Program-made: the position numbers and the translations under genes
The notes under the pieces: generated by a model
Told to the model about the DNA's origin: nothing
Database searches by the model: none
Seen by the model: only the letters and a program-made list of their open reading frames with translations
Assembly (NCBI GenBank): GCA_038143065.1
Contig: JAYQLI010000035.1
Location: 1,312,894-1,376,893 of the forward strand
Source of the DNA: Rhodospirillales bacterium
GTDB lineage: Bacteria; Pseudomonadota; Alphaproteobacteria; Bin95
Reading direction: 5' to 3'
DNA length: 64,000 nt
Part shown: one piece after another, positions 1 through 11,908 of the stretch
Layout of the letters: each line of letters opens with the position of its first letter
How positions within the stretch are numbered: the stretch's first letter is position 1

Positions 1-167
1 GCAGGCTCACCGCCTCTCAAAATTACTTCAAGTTTTTCCCCAACCAACATTTTATCTAGAGCAAGTCTCGTCCTAACAAATGTCATTGGGCATCGATCTT
101 CAGTTATATCTATCCGATGTTTTACTTCGGAATTAGAATTTTTTTGTTCTTTATCTGAAGAAGACAT
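1..167 (-). CDS. TusA/SirA-family sulfur carrier protein (5' part; runs off the window start)
   Basis: Not in the ORF track. Manual translation from the ATG at 167 gives MSSSDKEQKNSNSEVKHRIDITEDRCPMTFVRTRLALDKMLVGEKLEVILRGGEP, with the TusA-type D-I-T-x-x-x-C-P-M motif. Confidence 0.8.
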   Translation of the reverse strand, partial: MSSSDKEQKNSNSEVKHRIDITEDRCPMTFVRTRLALDKMLVGEKLEVILRGGEP

Positions 168-252
168 CTTATTTAACCTTGAATAAGTATTATCTCATAT
201 ATATATGCCTTTTATATTTACAAAATTTTTAAATTTTTGGAGCTTTACTTAA
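168..252. promoter_or_regulatory. AT-rich divergent promoter region between the tusA-like gene and mucR
   Basis: Very AT-rich; TTGAAT(179-184)-N17-TATATG(202-207) on + upstream of mucR; MucR/Ros proteins bind AT-rich DNA. Confidence 0.4.
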
Positions 253-669
253 ATGTCAGAAGAGCAAAATGAGATGACTAGAGAATTACTAGAACATACT
301 ACTGAAATTGTTGCCGCGCATGTTGCTAACAATCCTGTGGCAGTCAATGATCTTCCAGAATTAATTCGCCAAGTTTACACGACGTTATCTCAAGTTGACG
401 CTCACTCGGCACCCCAGGCTGAAAAGCCTCAGCCAGCTGTTTCTATAAAGAAATCTATTACCCCTGATTATTTAATCTGCTTAGAAGATGGAAAACAGCT
501 GAAAATGCTGAAGCGTCATCTAAAAACTGCCTATGATATGTCGCCAGAAAGTTATCGCGAAAAATGGGGTCTTCCTCATGACTACCCAATGGTTGCCCCT
601 AACTATGCTGCTCAACGCAGCTCACTTGCCAAGAAAATTGGACTTGGGACACGCGCTCGTCGTCGCTAA
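253..669 (+). CDS. mucR: MucR/Ros family transcriptional regulator
   Basis: TTEIVAAHV N-terminus, CLEDGKQLKMLKRHL zinc finger, YREKWGLP.DYPMVAPNY. Confidence 0.95.
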   Translation: MSEEQNEMTRELLEHTTEIVAAHVANNPVAVNDLPELIRQVYTTLSQVDAHSAPQAEKPQPAVSIKKSITPDYLICLEDGKQLKMLKRHLKTAYDMSPESYREKWGLPHDYPMVAPNYAAQRSSLAKKIGLGTRARRR

Positions 670-720
670 TTCGTTTTTCATTGAATAGCGGGCAGCATTG
701 CGTAAATTTTTTGTTTTCAT

Positions 721-755
721 AAAACGCTCACTTTCCATAGGAAGTGGGCGTTTTT
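721..755 (+). terminator. Intrinsic terminator after mucR
   Basis: AAAACGCTCACTTTCC-ATA-GGAAGTGGGCGTTTTT hairpin with T tail. Confidence 0.75.
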
Positions 756-889
756 AATACCATAAAATATCAACCTCTCTAGCGATTTGCTCTTGCAAGA
801 TAGGCTTTACAGTTCCACTTTGACTTAGTGATACGAACAGGTCATTCAGAAGTTCCGGCTTAATATTGCTAAACTCAACAGGAAAAGAG

Positions 890-1854
890 ATGGAACGGCT
901 TATGCCGATCGCAATAAAGCGACCACTAGCAAAGCACCGACTTTGGGGACGCGTAAGGCCGCCTCGTGGTCGCTATTTTGGCGGTAAAAAACCATTCTTA
1001 TTTGTTCGAGCCTTGCGGCGAGGAAAACAGCCAACGCGACTTGGGGAACTAAGGATGGCAGCTGGCCGTTTGGAGGTAAGACTAGCTAAAAATGATGCTG
1101 AGATAGCGGCAGCACAGCGACTGCGCTACGAAGTTTTTATGAAGAACTATCGGCTAAAGCTTCACCTGAAGTCGCAGCAGAGCGCCGTGATTTTGATCGT
1201 TTTGATCCATTCTGTGACCACCTGATAGTTCTTGATCATGCAGAGGCGCCTGCACGTGTCGTAGGGGTTTACAGACTACTTCGACGTGACATGGCAGCCC
1301 GAGTTGGGCAATTTTATACCCAAGACGAATTTAATATCCGCAAACTGCTTCGTGGAGGCCGACAAGTATTAGAACTGGGACGATCCTGCGTACACCCTGA
1401 TTTTCGCAGCGCTGGAGTGATGAATCTTATGTGGCGTGCGTTAGCGCACTACATAGTGATGCATGATGTGAAAATTCTTTTTGGATGTGCAAGTTTTCCT
1501 GGTGCCGATCCTGAAAAGCACGAGTTAGCACTAAGTTATCTTTACCAAAAACATTTAGCACCCAGTCAAATTCGACCTCGCGCCATTAGAAAACGCTTCG
1601 TCAATATGAACCGTTTAAGTGAAGAGTCAGTTGATGAGAAAGATGCTCAGTTGGCAATCCCACCCCTTTTGCGTGGTTACCTTAGACTTGGTGGTGTTAT
1701 TGGTGATGGGGCGGTTGTGGACGAACAGTTTGATACGTTAGATGTTTGTATTGTTGTCCGTACAGACCAGCTTGCTGAAGATTATGCGAGGCGGTACCAG
1801 CGAATGCGTGATAAGACTGGAGTGGATGCGGCAGGAGCCCCTCTGGGGGCCTAA
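890..1854 (+). CDS. olsB: L-ornithine N-acyltransferase OlsB (GNAT fold); one frameshift near 1135; start uncertain (890, 902 or 1055)
   Basis: LEVRLA..AQRLRYEVF[Y]EE..RDFDRFDPFCDHL, LELGRSCV, PPLLRGYLRLG; adding one T to the T5 run joins the two ORFs; lies upstream of a PlsC-like gene. Confidence 0.85.
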
Positions 1855-1862
1855 ACAGTCAG

Positions 1863-2639
1863 ATGATTCCAGCGATCAGGATTACTGCCCTTGTATTGTG
1901 GAGTGCAGTTTGTGTCCTAGCATTTGGGTTGCTTAAAATTTTATTCTCAAGAAAAGTTAATTCCTTTCCAAAGCTTTATCATTCGGGGGTGCTGAGGGTT
2001 TTTGGAATAAAAATAACATCAGTTGGAACAATGCAGTCCAGCCATCCCACTTTGTTTATCTGCAACCATATTTCGTATCTCGATATTTTTGTACTTGGAG
2101 CTTTCATTAACGGGTCGTTCGTCGCGAAAGCCGAAGTGGCCAAATGGCCTGTAGCTGGTTACATGGCAAAATTGCAACGAACCGTATTTATCGAAAGGCA
2201 GCGTCGCAGCAGCACGGGTGAACAGCGAAATTTGCTTCAGAGCCGCTTGGAGGATGGCGACAATATTATCCTCTTTCCCGAAGGAACAAGTTTTGACGGC
2301 GCTCGAGTTCTTCCTTTTAAAAGCGCCTTATTTGCAGCCGCTGAGCAAAAAATTGGTGACAGTTCGATAAAAGTTCAGCCAGTATCTATTGCTTACACTA
2401 CTATGGATGGACTTCCTCTAACACGGGCACAACGGCCATCTGTCGCCTGGTATGGCGACATGTCATTACTTCCTCATATATTGAATTTTTTAAAAGCGAG
2501 TAAAACAGAGGTAACATTGAAATTTCACACCCCCGTTAGTATGGACGAATTCAAAAATCGTCGCCAACTCTCTACCCACTGTTATAATATTATAGCTAAA
2601 GGGGTGGAGGATGTTATCTATAATCGAAGCAAACAATAA
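1863..2639 (+). CDS. olsA: Lyso-ornithine lipid / 1-acylglycerol-3-phosphate acyltransferase (OlsA/PlsC family)
   Basis: NHISYLD and FPEGT acyltransferase motifs; directly follows olsB. Confidence 0.8.
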   Translation: MIPAIRITALVLWSAVCVLAFGLLKILFSRKVNSFPKLYHSGVLRVFGIKITSVGTMQSSHPTLFICNHISYLDIFVLGAFINGSFVAKAEVAKWPVAGYMAKLQRTVFIERQRRSSTGEQRNLLQSRLEDGDNIILFPEGTSFDGARVLPFKSALFAAAEQKIGDSSIKVQPVSIAYTTMDGLPLTRAQRPSVAWYGDMSLLPHILNFLKASKTEVTLKFHTPVSMDEFKNRRQLSTHCYNIIAKGVEDVIYNRSKQ

Positions 2640-2713
2640 AAATGCCAACCAATTGAAAAAGTTTATCCAAGAAAAACTTGACTTGAGACACTTCATACGT
2701 ACCTTGCGCCGCC

Positions 2714-4114
2714 ATGCAAACGCATATTGAAAAGAGTAACGGCAAAAAGCCGATGAAGCTCTTCATAAAAACTTATGGCTGTCAGATGAATGTCTATGAC
2801 TCCGCTCGTATGGCGGACGTCTTAGCAACCATTGGCTTTGGTTCGACTGCGACACCAGAAGACGCCGACCTCGTAGTGCTGAACACATGCCATATACGCG
2901 AAAAAGCTGCCGAAAAAGTTTATTCTGAACTTGGACGCCTTAAAGTCTTGCGAGATCAGCGAAAAGCTGCAGGTGGAAACGACATGCTTATTGCCGTGGC
3001 TGGGTGCGTAGCCCAAGCCGAAGGGCAAGAAATTCAAAGGCGAGCACCGGCAGTCGATATTGTTGTGGGGCCCCAAGCCTATCACCGACTCAGTGGAATG
3101 GTGAACCGTCTCCTTCAAAGCAGAGGCCATCGTGAGACCGATACGGATTTTCCTCCCGAAAGCAAATTCGATGCTCTGCCAGAAGAGTCCGCACCCCAAG
3201 GCCCAGCTGCATTTCTTACAATTCAGGAAGGGTGTGATAAATTCTGCACCTTCTGTGTAGTTCCTTATACCCGTGGAGCTGAATTCTCGCGACCAGCGCA
3301 TGACGTAATTGCCGAGGCTAAGCGCCTCTCTGCTCAAGGAACTCGAGAAATAACTTTGCTCGGTCAAAACGTGAATGCCTATCATGGCCGGAGCCCCGAT
3401 GGTGGCACGTGGAGCCTCGCCAACCTCATTCAGGAACTATCTGAAATCGATGGCATAGATAGAATTCGATTCACCACTTCGCATCCCCGGGATATGACCG
3501 AGGATTTAATCACAGCATTTGCAGATGTGCCTGCTCTGATGCCCTACCTACACCTTCCTGTACAATCAGGTGCAGATCGCATCCTTAAAAAGATGAACCG
3601 TGGACATAACCGGCAGTTTTATTTCGATATAGTGCAACAACTGCGAAGTGCCCGCGCAGATTTAGCTCTTTCATCTGATTTCATAGTTGGCTTCCCAGGC
3701 GAGAACGATGAAGATTTCGAAGCTACAATGGACCTGGTAAGGACAGTTGGGTTCGCGCAGGCTTACTCGTTTAAGTATAGCCCACGCCCAGGTACCCCTG
3801 CAGCCACCCAAGACGATCAAGTCCATGAAACTGTTAAGTCAGAACGGCTTGCGCATCTTCAAGATGTACTAAATCAACAGCAACTAGCATTCAACGCTGA
3901 GATGTCAGGCTCTCAAATCGACGTGCTTTTTGATCGAGAAGGTCGGAAACCCGGGCAAATTGTTGGCCGCTCTCCGTGGCTACAGGCAACCCACGTCAAC
4001 GTAGAAAACGCCAAAGTAAAGAGCCTTTTAGGGGAAATCCGCCGAGTTCGCATAAGCCGAGGCGCACCCAATGGTCTTATTGGTTCACTGATTTTGGATG
4101 GGGAGGTCGCTTGA
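2714..4114 (+). CDS. miaB: tRNA-2-methylthio-N6-dimethylallyladenosine synthase MiaB
   Basis: TYGCQMNVYDS, NTCHIREKA, radical SAM CDKFCTFC, C-terminal TRAM region. Confidence 0.97.
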   Translation: MQTHIEKSNGKKPMKLFIKTYGCQMNVYDSARMADVLATIGFGSTATPEDADLVVLNTCHIREKAAEKVYSELGRLKVLRDQRKAAGGNDMLIAVAGCVAQAEGQEIQRRAPAVDIVVGPQAYHRLSGMVNRLLQSRGHRETDTDFPPESKFDALPEESAPQGPAAFLTIQEGCDKFCTFCVVPYTRGAEFSRPAHDVIAEAKRLSAQGTREITLLGQNVNAYHGRSPDGGTWSLANLIQELSEIDGIDRIRFTTSHPRDMTEDLITAFADVPALMPYLHLPVQSGADRILKKMNRGHNRQFYFDIVQQLRSARADLALSSDFIVGFPGENDEDFEATMDLVRTVGFAQAYSFKYSPRPGTPAATQDDQVHETVKSERLAHLQDVLNQQQLAFNAEMSGSQIDVLFDREGRKPGQIVGRSPWLQATHVNVENAKVKSLLGEIRRVRISRGAPNGLIGSLILDGEVA

Positions 4115-5089
4115 CGACTAACGATCATAATTCTCCCGCTCGCGCAGAGTTAACTTTCGAGGATGAAACACACCTACCAAACCTTTTTGGCGCTTATGAC
4201 AGACATCTTGCCAGGTTAGAGAGAGAATTCGGTGTGAGCGTTGCATCTCGAGGAGGAAACATCGCTATCACCGGATCAGCTAATTCCGTAGCTAGTGCAG
4301 AAACAGCTCTTCGTTGGCTTTACGATAGTGCTCAGTCAGGCCAAGTGATAAATGAAGGTAAAGTTAGCGACGCGGTTCGTACAGCGCGATTTGGAAAGCT
4401 AGACACTTCCGCGGCAATAGATGTTTATAAAAACCCGATACAGCCGCGCTCTGGCGCACAATCACACTATGTAGAAACTATTCGTCGATCAAAGCTGACA
4501 TTTGCAGCGGGCCCCGCAGGTACTGGCAAGACGTTCCTAGCAGTTGCCGTAGCAGTTGAAATGATGAAGCGTCGGATGGTGGACCGTATAATTTTATCTA
4601 GACCTGCCGTTGAGGCCGGTGAAAAACTGGGTTTTCTTCCCGGCGATCTACGAGAGAAAGTTGATCCATATCTGCGACCATTAAAAGATGCTTTGATGCA
4701 GATGATGCCCGCGGATATGGTCGACAGACGGCTTGCAAACGAAGAAATAGAAGCAGCCCCCTTGCGTTCATGCGCGGGCGGACACTCGCTCACGCGTTTA
4801 TCATTCTTGATGAAGCTCAAAATACCACTCCCATGCAAATGAAAATGGCCCTTACTCGAATAGGGAAGGAAGTAGGATGGTTGTTACTGGAGACCCCAGC
4901 CAGACAGACCTTCCACCCGGTCAACGCTCCGGATTATCTGACGCTCTTGAAATTTTACCTGGTCTAAAAGACGTCTCCGTTTCGAATTTCAGTGCAAAAG
5001 ACGTAGTGCGGGAAGATTTAGTTGCAGCAATAGTGTCAGCTTACGACTCTAGACAAAGGCGGCTTTCGGAATCACCGGATAATGCCTAA
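4111..5089 (+). CDS. phoH: PhoH-family ATPase (YbeZ); frameshifts near 4757 and 4863
   Basis: [23 protein letters not shown], [AF][19 protein letters not shown] across three frames; C-run and G-run single deletions. Confidence 0.9.
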
Positions 5090-5596
5090 GAACCCTGTAG
5101 AAACAGATAATTCGCGAGAAGTAATCATAGATACAGATGACTGGAAAGGGACACCATTCGAGGACGGAGAGGCCCACGAAATCGTTGTCACAGCAATTGA
5201 AGCCGCAGCAGGCGAACTTAAGCTAGGCTCAAATATTGGCTTGACGGTATTATTAACAAATGACTTCGAAATTCAAAAACTTAACAAGCAATTCCGCGGC
5301 AAAGATTATCCTACTAATGTTTTATCCTTCCTGCATTTTCTCCAGGAGCAATCCCCTCTGAAGGTCATATAGGTGATATAGCCGTTGCCTTTGAGACATT
5401 ATTAGCCGAGTCTTCATCTGAGAATAAAAATCCTGGTCATCATCTGGCACATATGATTGTTCACGGACTAGCGCACTTAGCTGGCCACGATCATAATACT
5501 GACGCCGAAGCTGATATAATGGAGGCAATTGAAGTGCGATCACTCGCGCAACTTGGCGTTACAAATCCTTATTTAGAAGAGGCCTGCGAAACGTGA
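5082..5596 (+). CDS. ybeY: rRNA maturation endoribonuclease YbeY; frameshift near 5330
   Basis: LNKQFRGKDYPTNVLSF[P], then GDIAVAFE and HMIVHGLAHLAGHDH in the shifted frame. Confidence 0.9.
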
Positions 5597-6501
5597 CCGG
5601 GGAAAATGGACACAATGGTGCTTTTGGTGGACTTATACGCCGTCTAACAAGGCGTAACGGCGAGCAAGATCTCCGCACAACCCTAGCTGAATTGGTTGAT
5701 CAGGAGAGTGGTGAAACCCCTTCTATTTCCCCGGCTGAACGCCAGATAATTGAAAACTCTCTATCTCTCAGCGAGCTTTCTGTTGCTGATGTGATGGCAC
5801 CTCGCGCAGATATTGACGGAGTAGATATCTCCCTTGGCATTTCCAATGCTGTGCAAAAGGCGCGTGAAACTTACCACTCCAGGTTACCTGTCTATAGAGG
5901 CGATTTAGACGAGGTCATAGGCATGGTTCATGTCAAAGATCTTTTGGTAGCCGTTACGAGCGACAATACTTCGGATGATTTAGCTCCCTTGCTTCGCGAT
6001 GTTTTATTTGTTGTACCATCAATGCGCGTTATCGAGCTGCTTCTACAAATGCAGGTCAGCCGAACTCATATGGCATTAGTCGTTGATGAATACGGAGGTA
6101 TCGACGGTCTTGTTACGGTCGAAGATGTTGTCGAAGAAATTATTGGTGAAATGCGCGACGAGCATGATAACGCAGTGTCACCAGAAATCATTGATCAGAA
6201 CGACGGCAGCATCATTGCGAGTGCCCGTACTCTGCTTGAGGATTTCGAAGAGAAGGTAGGATTCATTTTAACTGAAGACGAACGCGAGGAAATTGATACA
6301 ATTGGAGGACTAGTGGTCAGCCTCCTTGGTCGAGTGCCTACGCGTGGTGAGATTATAGCTCATGAGTCAGGAGTGGAGTTTGAGGTGCTCGCCGGTGATC
6401 CGCGCCGCGTGCATCGCCTAAGAGTAAAAAATATCCAGAATTCACTTAATTCCTCAGCCTCAGAGAAGGATGAAGCTGAAAAACAAGACGGTTCAGTCTA
6501 A
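5593..6501 (+). CDS. corC: CBS-domain Mg/Co transport protein CorC (HlyC/CorC family)
   Basis: HSRLPVY, VVDEYGGIDGLVTVEDVVEEIIGE, C-terminal CorC domain; conserved position. Confidence 0.88.
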   Translation: MTGENGHNGAFGGLIRRLTRRNGEQDLRTTLAELVDQESGETPSISPAERQIIENSLSLSELSVADVMAPRADIDGVDISLGISNAVQKARETYHSRLPVYRGDLDEVIGMVHVKDLLVAVTSDNTSDDLAPLLRDVLFVVPSMRVIELLLQMQVSRTHMALVVDEYGGIDGLVTVEDVVEEIIGEMRDEHDNAVSPEIIDQNDGSIIASARTLLEDFEEKVGFILTEDEREEIDTIGGLVVSLLGRVPTRGEIIAHESGVEFEVLAGDPRRVHRLRVKNIQNSLNSSASEKDEAEKQDGSV

Positions 6502-6506
6502 CCCTG

Positions 6507-8045
6507 TTGATGAAGCACACTGATTTTTTAAAGCTTTTATTACTAGTAATTTTTGGGATTACTGGAGCATTTGGATTTCCACCCTGGGGGCTTACTCCTC
6601 TCACATTGATTGCGGTGGCGGGTTTAGGACTAATCATTGCTTCTGCACCACCTTTCCGTGCAGCCTTCCACTCTTGGGTTATGTTTAGTGCTCAAAATTT
6701 TGTTGCGCTGAGCTGGATTTCAGAGGCTTTTCTAGTTGTATACCCCGAAATGGGGCTTATTGCTTTTGCTCCAGTGTTTTGCCTGTCAGCAGGACTTGCA
6801 ATAATTCCATCTTTATTAATTTACGCTTGGGGACGGCTTTGGCCCAAAAATAGAACTACCCTCACAGCCTCAATGCTAGGATTAGCCTTATTTTTGAGTT
6901 GTGCTGAGTGGCTTACAGGGCATGTGCTAACCGGCTTTCCTTGGGCTATCACTGCGCTGGCCGCTTCCGAAATTAAATTATCCCAGTCTGCGGCAACATT
7001 TGGAGCGTACGGTGTTGGTCTATTGTTACTTGCACCCTCTTTGACTTTTGCAGGTTCATTTTGGGACTTTTTAAAAAACAAAAGGCTGCCTTTTGGAGAT
7101 GTGGCCCTTGTTGGCTTAACAGTAATCCTCATATCGGGAAGTTGGATTTCACATTCTCACCCAGCTCCTCAGCTTGATACTAATAACACTTGGCCAGTTA
7201 TCAGATTAGTACAAGCTAATACGCCTCAAAGAGAGAAATGGAAGCCTGAAAATAGGGGGTTATTTTTGCTCGTCACCTTGCATTAAGTGAGGCTCCTGCA
7301 ACTGATCGGTTAGCAGCCATAATTTGGCCAGAAACAGCAACGCCCTTCCGAGTTACAGAAGAAGCCAAGTTATTGGCACGAATTGCAGAGGTAGCAAAGG
7401 CACATCAGGGATATGTATTACTCGGCACCCCTACACGCGCAAGTAATACGTCAGGACTGCGCGGCTATAATAATAGCCTTATTGCTGTGAATTCAGGCGG
7501 AGACATCTCTTTAAGATATAACAAAGCACATCTTGTTCCGGGCGGGGAATATGTGCCGTTCCAAAATTATTTACCACTTGAAAAACTAGTAGAAAACCGT
7601 GGCTCGTTTATTCCCGGCCCTGGGCTACAAACAATCCATCTCTAATCTTCCACCATTCAGCCCATTAATTTGCTATGAGATAATTTTTCCAGGCGAAGTC
7701 GTACTTGAGAAGGACAGGCCTGATTGGATTATTAATATTACTAACGATGCTTGGTACGGGAATTCGGCAGGCCCTTATCAGCACCTCGCTATTTCTCGAC
7801 TTCGTGCAATCGAGGAAGGCTTGCCCTTAGTGCGAGTAGCCAATACTGGAATTTCGGCGGCTTTCGATGGGAAAGGAAGAGAACTTGGCCGGATTCCACT
7901 GGAAACGACTGGTTTTATTGACGTTGCTCTTCCACCACCAGAGAAGCCAACTTTGTATAGTAAATTTGGGGATCTTACTTATCTAATACTGCTGCTTGGT
8001 CTTGCAATTCCCAGCCTGGCTTCAGGAATGTTTAGGCGTTCCTAA
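6507..8045 (+). CDS. lnt: Apolipoprotein N-acyltransferase; two frameshifts (about 7260 and 7640)
   Basis: TM N-terminus with LTGFPW, VQAN, WPETA, YNKAHLVPGGEY, PLICYEIIFP, NITNDAWYG, RVANTGIS. Confidence 0.92.
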
Positions 8046-10560
8046 GAATTGACCCCGGCGCTACAGATAATGCTCGCCAAATTCCAGCCCCCCCAGCACT
8101 CATAGCCAAAGTCAACGCCAAGGCAGCAGGAATGAACGCTGACAAAAATGAAAAATGCCAAATTATTTGTAAAAGGTAGGTCACAATCGCCCAAGCACCA
8201 ATGGTTCCCACCATAACTGACAACAAAGCCGTTATCGCTCCTACCAAGCCAAACTCTATAATGTAGGCTGATATAATTTGACTTCGGGTTGCACCGGCAG
8301 TTTTCAGTAGAACTGCATCATTAACTCTTCGATTATGACTTGCTGCAACCGCACCAGCCAGAGTTAATGCGCCAGCAATCACGGCAACGGCAGCAACTAT
8401 AACGAGTGCATTACTAATTTTACTCACAATTCCTTTTGCTAGAGCAACTACATCCTTAACGCGGACAACTGTGACGTTTGGGAATTTCTCTGAAATTTCC
8501 TGAAGGATAGTTACCTCTTCACCTACAGGTGCAGTTGCGGTCGCGAGGATGGTATGGGGCACCTGATCAAGAGTAATTGGATCAAAAATTGTAGAAAAAT
8601 TCATCGTAAAATCGGCATAGTTAACATGACGCAAGTTTTTTATGGTCGCGGTAATCTCACGACCTAGCACATTGAAACTAAGTGTATCACCAACACCCAC
8701 GCCAAACCCATCTGCGATGCGAGCATCAAATGAAATTAACGGATCGCCCTTATAATTATCAGGCCACCAATCACCTTCAGAAATCCTAATATTTTTCGGT
8801 GGATAAGCAGCAAAAGTCAGACCACGTTCGTTTTGGGTCGCCCATTGTACGGATTTCTTAATCTTTGCTTTCTCCACCAAAACTCCATTTATGCGAGTTA
8901 TACGAGCCCGAAGCATTGGCGCCTCACTGTCCAATGTGACGTCAGGTTTATTTTTTAAAAGCTTTGCAAAACTCGACCGCTGATAGGGCTGAATATCAAC
9001 GAAGAAAAAGTTGGGGCTTGGCCAGCTATCCGTTCATCAAGTTGGTGCCTGAACGCCGCTTCGGTGAGTGTCATACATGTTAACGCGGTTAAACCTAGAC
9101 CCAGAGAAAGAATAATAACTATTGTAGGCGCGCCCGGGCGCGATATACCAGACAACGCTAACCTAAATATCGGACTTCTAAATCTCGGAGCCAAGCGGAT
9201 AAAACGTATGAGAAGAAATGACAATAATAGAAAGCAGAAAGCTGCAAAAACAGCTCCTGTTATAAATACAATCGCGATAAATTTACTGCTGGCCATATAA
9301 ACGGCCATGAAAATCAATCCAATCGCTGCAAGAACAATTAAAGCCAGCCGTTTTGCACTTGGGCGTATTCCTGTAATTCCTAATTCTGAACCTCTAACTA
9401 AGTCTGCAGGATGCAATCTCTCTGCCGCAGCCAGGGGCCAAAGAGTATATACAAACGCAGTTAGCACACCATATGCCAGCGCCAGAAAAAATGTTTCAAC
9501 GTCTAAATACCAATTGATATTCAATCCTAAAACATTCGAGAAAATTGGAGCAAAAACTAGTGGGATTATAGAGCCTATAGATGCTCCAATAATGCTTGCA
9601 GTGAAAGCCATCATCCCAACTTGAATTAAGTAAGACTTGAATATTACATCAGCTGAGGCACCCAAACATTTAAGAATGGCAACGGTTCGAGAGCGTTGGT
9701 CCATGTATGCTTTAACTGAATTTGCTGCACCAACCCCACCTACCAATAGAGCAGCCAAACCAGCAAGAGTGAGAAATAAACCCAAGCGATCTATGGTACG
9801 TTTAATGTCCGGGGCAGCTTCGTTATATGTCCGAAGCCTCCATCCTGGGTCTCCAAATAGGTCTTTGATTTTACTAACAACTACTTTTGCATCTTCTCCA
9901 GCTTGCAACGCAATGCGGTGGTACCAGGTTACCAGAGATCCCGGCAAAACTAGTCCTGCGGATTTCAAAGCAACATGATTTATCATGACCCTGGGGCCAT
10001 ATGATATTAATCCTACGCCACGGTCGGGCTCCGATAAAATTATGCTTCGGATCTCAAATTCTGCCTTATTTAGGCGAAAACTATCACCGAGTTTCAGTCC
10101 TGAGGACTCAAGGAATAACTTTTCAACTGCCGCTCCATATCTACCTTTACGCAAGGAAAATAATTCAGAGCCCAACGGCCCAGGAGAAATACTAAAATCA
10201 CCGTACAGAGGGTAATTAGAGTCCACAGCTTTCAATGCAACAAGCAGAGACTTCCCATTTGTTCGTGCCATAGTCCTCAGCTCAGCTATCCTGGTGGCAC
10301 GACCCAAACTTTCAAAAAATCTATCTGTACTGGGAGGGCTTCGCGATAAAGAAGTCGCACTTCAACATCACCTCCCGTTAGACTTTTGCATCGCGAGATA
10401 TAGCATTCTTGACAGCGACTTGAGCTGCCCCCACCGCAGAAATAGCCGCTACGCCAATAGCTAAACACAAAATCATAATTCGAAAGCCGCGAAGTCCGCT
10501 TATAAAAACATCCCGCAACTCTCTAAAGGCAATAACCCAGGCAAGATACCAATTCATCAT
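8032..10560 (-). CDS. ABC transporter permease, YbbP/FtsX-like with two permease domains; several frameshifts
   Basis: AFRELR..LAIGVAAI N-terminus, LKAVD..YPLYG, AILKCLGA and LLKTAGATR repeats. Confidence 0.85.
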
Positions 10561-11229
10561 ATGCCTAGGACCTGGCCATCCAACATTTGATAATTTTTAG
10601 CGCAACGCCCTGCGAGAGAGATCATGCGTTACTAGAAGAAGTGCCGCTGAACGCTCCTCAGCACGCGAAAACATAAGATTTATGACTGCCTCGCCTGTAT
10701 CTCGATCAAGATTACCTGTTGGTTCATCTGCCAACAAAATGTCAGCATTGCCAACGAAGGCACGAGCAATTGCAACCCGCTGTTGTTCTCCCCCGAAAGT
10801 TCACTCGGCAGATGATTAGATCGAGCTGACAGACCTACAGCCTCTAACTCTTTAGCGGCCAAATCACGGGCATCCCGCTGACCAGATAACTCTAAAGGGT
10901 ATTGCAACATTTTCGAGAGCGGTCATCGAAGGAATTAGATTAAACGCTTGAAATACAAACCCTATACGTTGCCGACGAAAACGAGCACGATCATCTTCAT
11001 TTAAAGTAGATAAATTGACCCCTCCAACGCTTACCAAACCCGAGGTAACTGTCTCTAAACCAGCCGCGACCAAAAGAAGAGAAGATTTTCCTGACCCCGA
11101 TGGACCAATCAATGAGGCGGTTTCACCAACACCAATTTCGAGATTTACTCCACGCAAAACATTGACGGAGTTCGTCTCTCTACCCAGTGTGAGAGAAACA
11201 TCTTTTAAGTTTATAGCGGCATTGGACAT
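10557..11229 (-). CDS. ABC transporter ATP-binding protein (YbbA/LolD-like); frameshifted
   Basis: GPSGSGKS, FVFQAFNL, LSG[G]EQQRVAIARA, LADEPTGNLD. Confidence 0.88.
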
Positions 11230-11257
11230 GAATATTCCTGGTTGGGAAATTTTAAAA

Positions 11258-11908
11258 ATGATCTGCCCTCGATATGGCATTTTGGCTATGTTTTTCAACG
11301 CAATAGCCGGACTTATCCTGTTGCTGCCATCTTCCAGCGACGCAGCGGAAAAGCGGGTGCTGTTATTCGGAGACTCACTGATAGCAGGGTATGGCCTGCC
11401 CGTTAAGGATGGCTTAACGGCTAATTTAGATCGTGCATTAAATTCCATTGATGTCCAAGCAACACTAATCAACGCTGGAGTTTCTGGCGACACAACGGCT
11501 GGTGGACGAGCTCGTTTATCCTGGGCACTCGCAGATCAACCTACGCATGCGATTGTTCTCCTTGGCGCCAATGACGCCCTTCGTGGCCTTGATCCGGCAC
11601 AAACCAAAGCTAATTTACTTGCTATCCTTGAATCTCTGCGAGAAGAAGGTATACCCACGTTACTCGTCGGCATGCGCTCACCACGAAATTGGGGTGAGAA
11701 ATATGCTAACTCTTTTGATAAAATTTTTATTGACCTTGCCCGACAGACTAACTCACTTTTTTACCCATTTTATCTAGATGGTGTGGCATTGAATCCCGAC
11801 TACAACCAACCTGATGGAATTCATCCAAATGCAGCCGGCGTGGAACTGATAACCAGTCGCATGCTCCCAACAGTCAAAAAGCTGCTCGAACTTGAGACTT
11901 CTCGATGA
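11258..11908 (+). CDS. tesA: Arylesterase / acyl-CoA thioesterase I (SGNH, TesA-like); start approximate
   Basis: FGDSL, NAGVSGDTTAGG, GAND, DGIHPN; divergent from the ybbA/ybbP-like pair as in the known arrangement. Confidence 0.88.
   Translation: MICPRYGILAMFFNAIAGLILLLPSSSDAAEKRVLLFGDSLIAGYGLPVKDGLTANLDRALNSIDVQATLINAGVSGDTTAGGRARLSWALADQPTHAIVLLGANDALRGLDPAQTKANLLAILESLREEGIPTLLVGMRSPRNWGEKYANSFDKIFIDLARQTNSLFYPFYLDGVALNPDYNQPDGIHPNAAGVELITSRMLPTVKKLLELETSR

Noticed and set aside
9064-10215. Series of + strand ORFs opposite the ABC permease (also 43921-44724 and similar)
   Set aside because: Antisense shadows of well-supported genes with no motifs of their own
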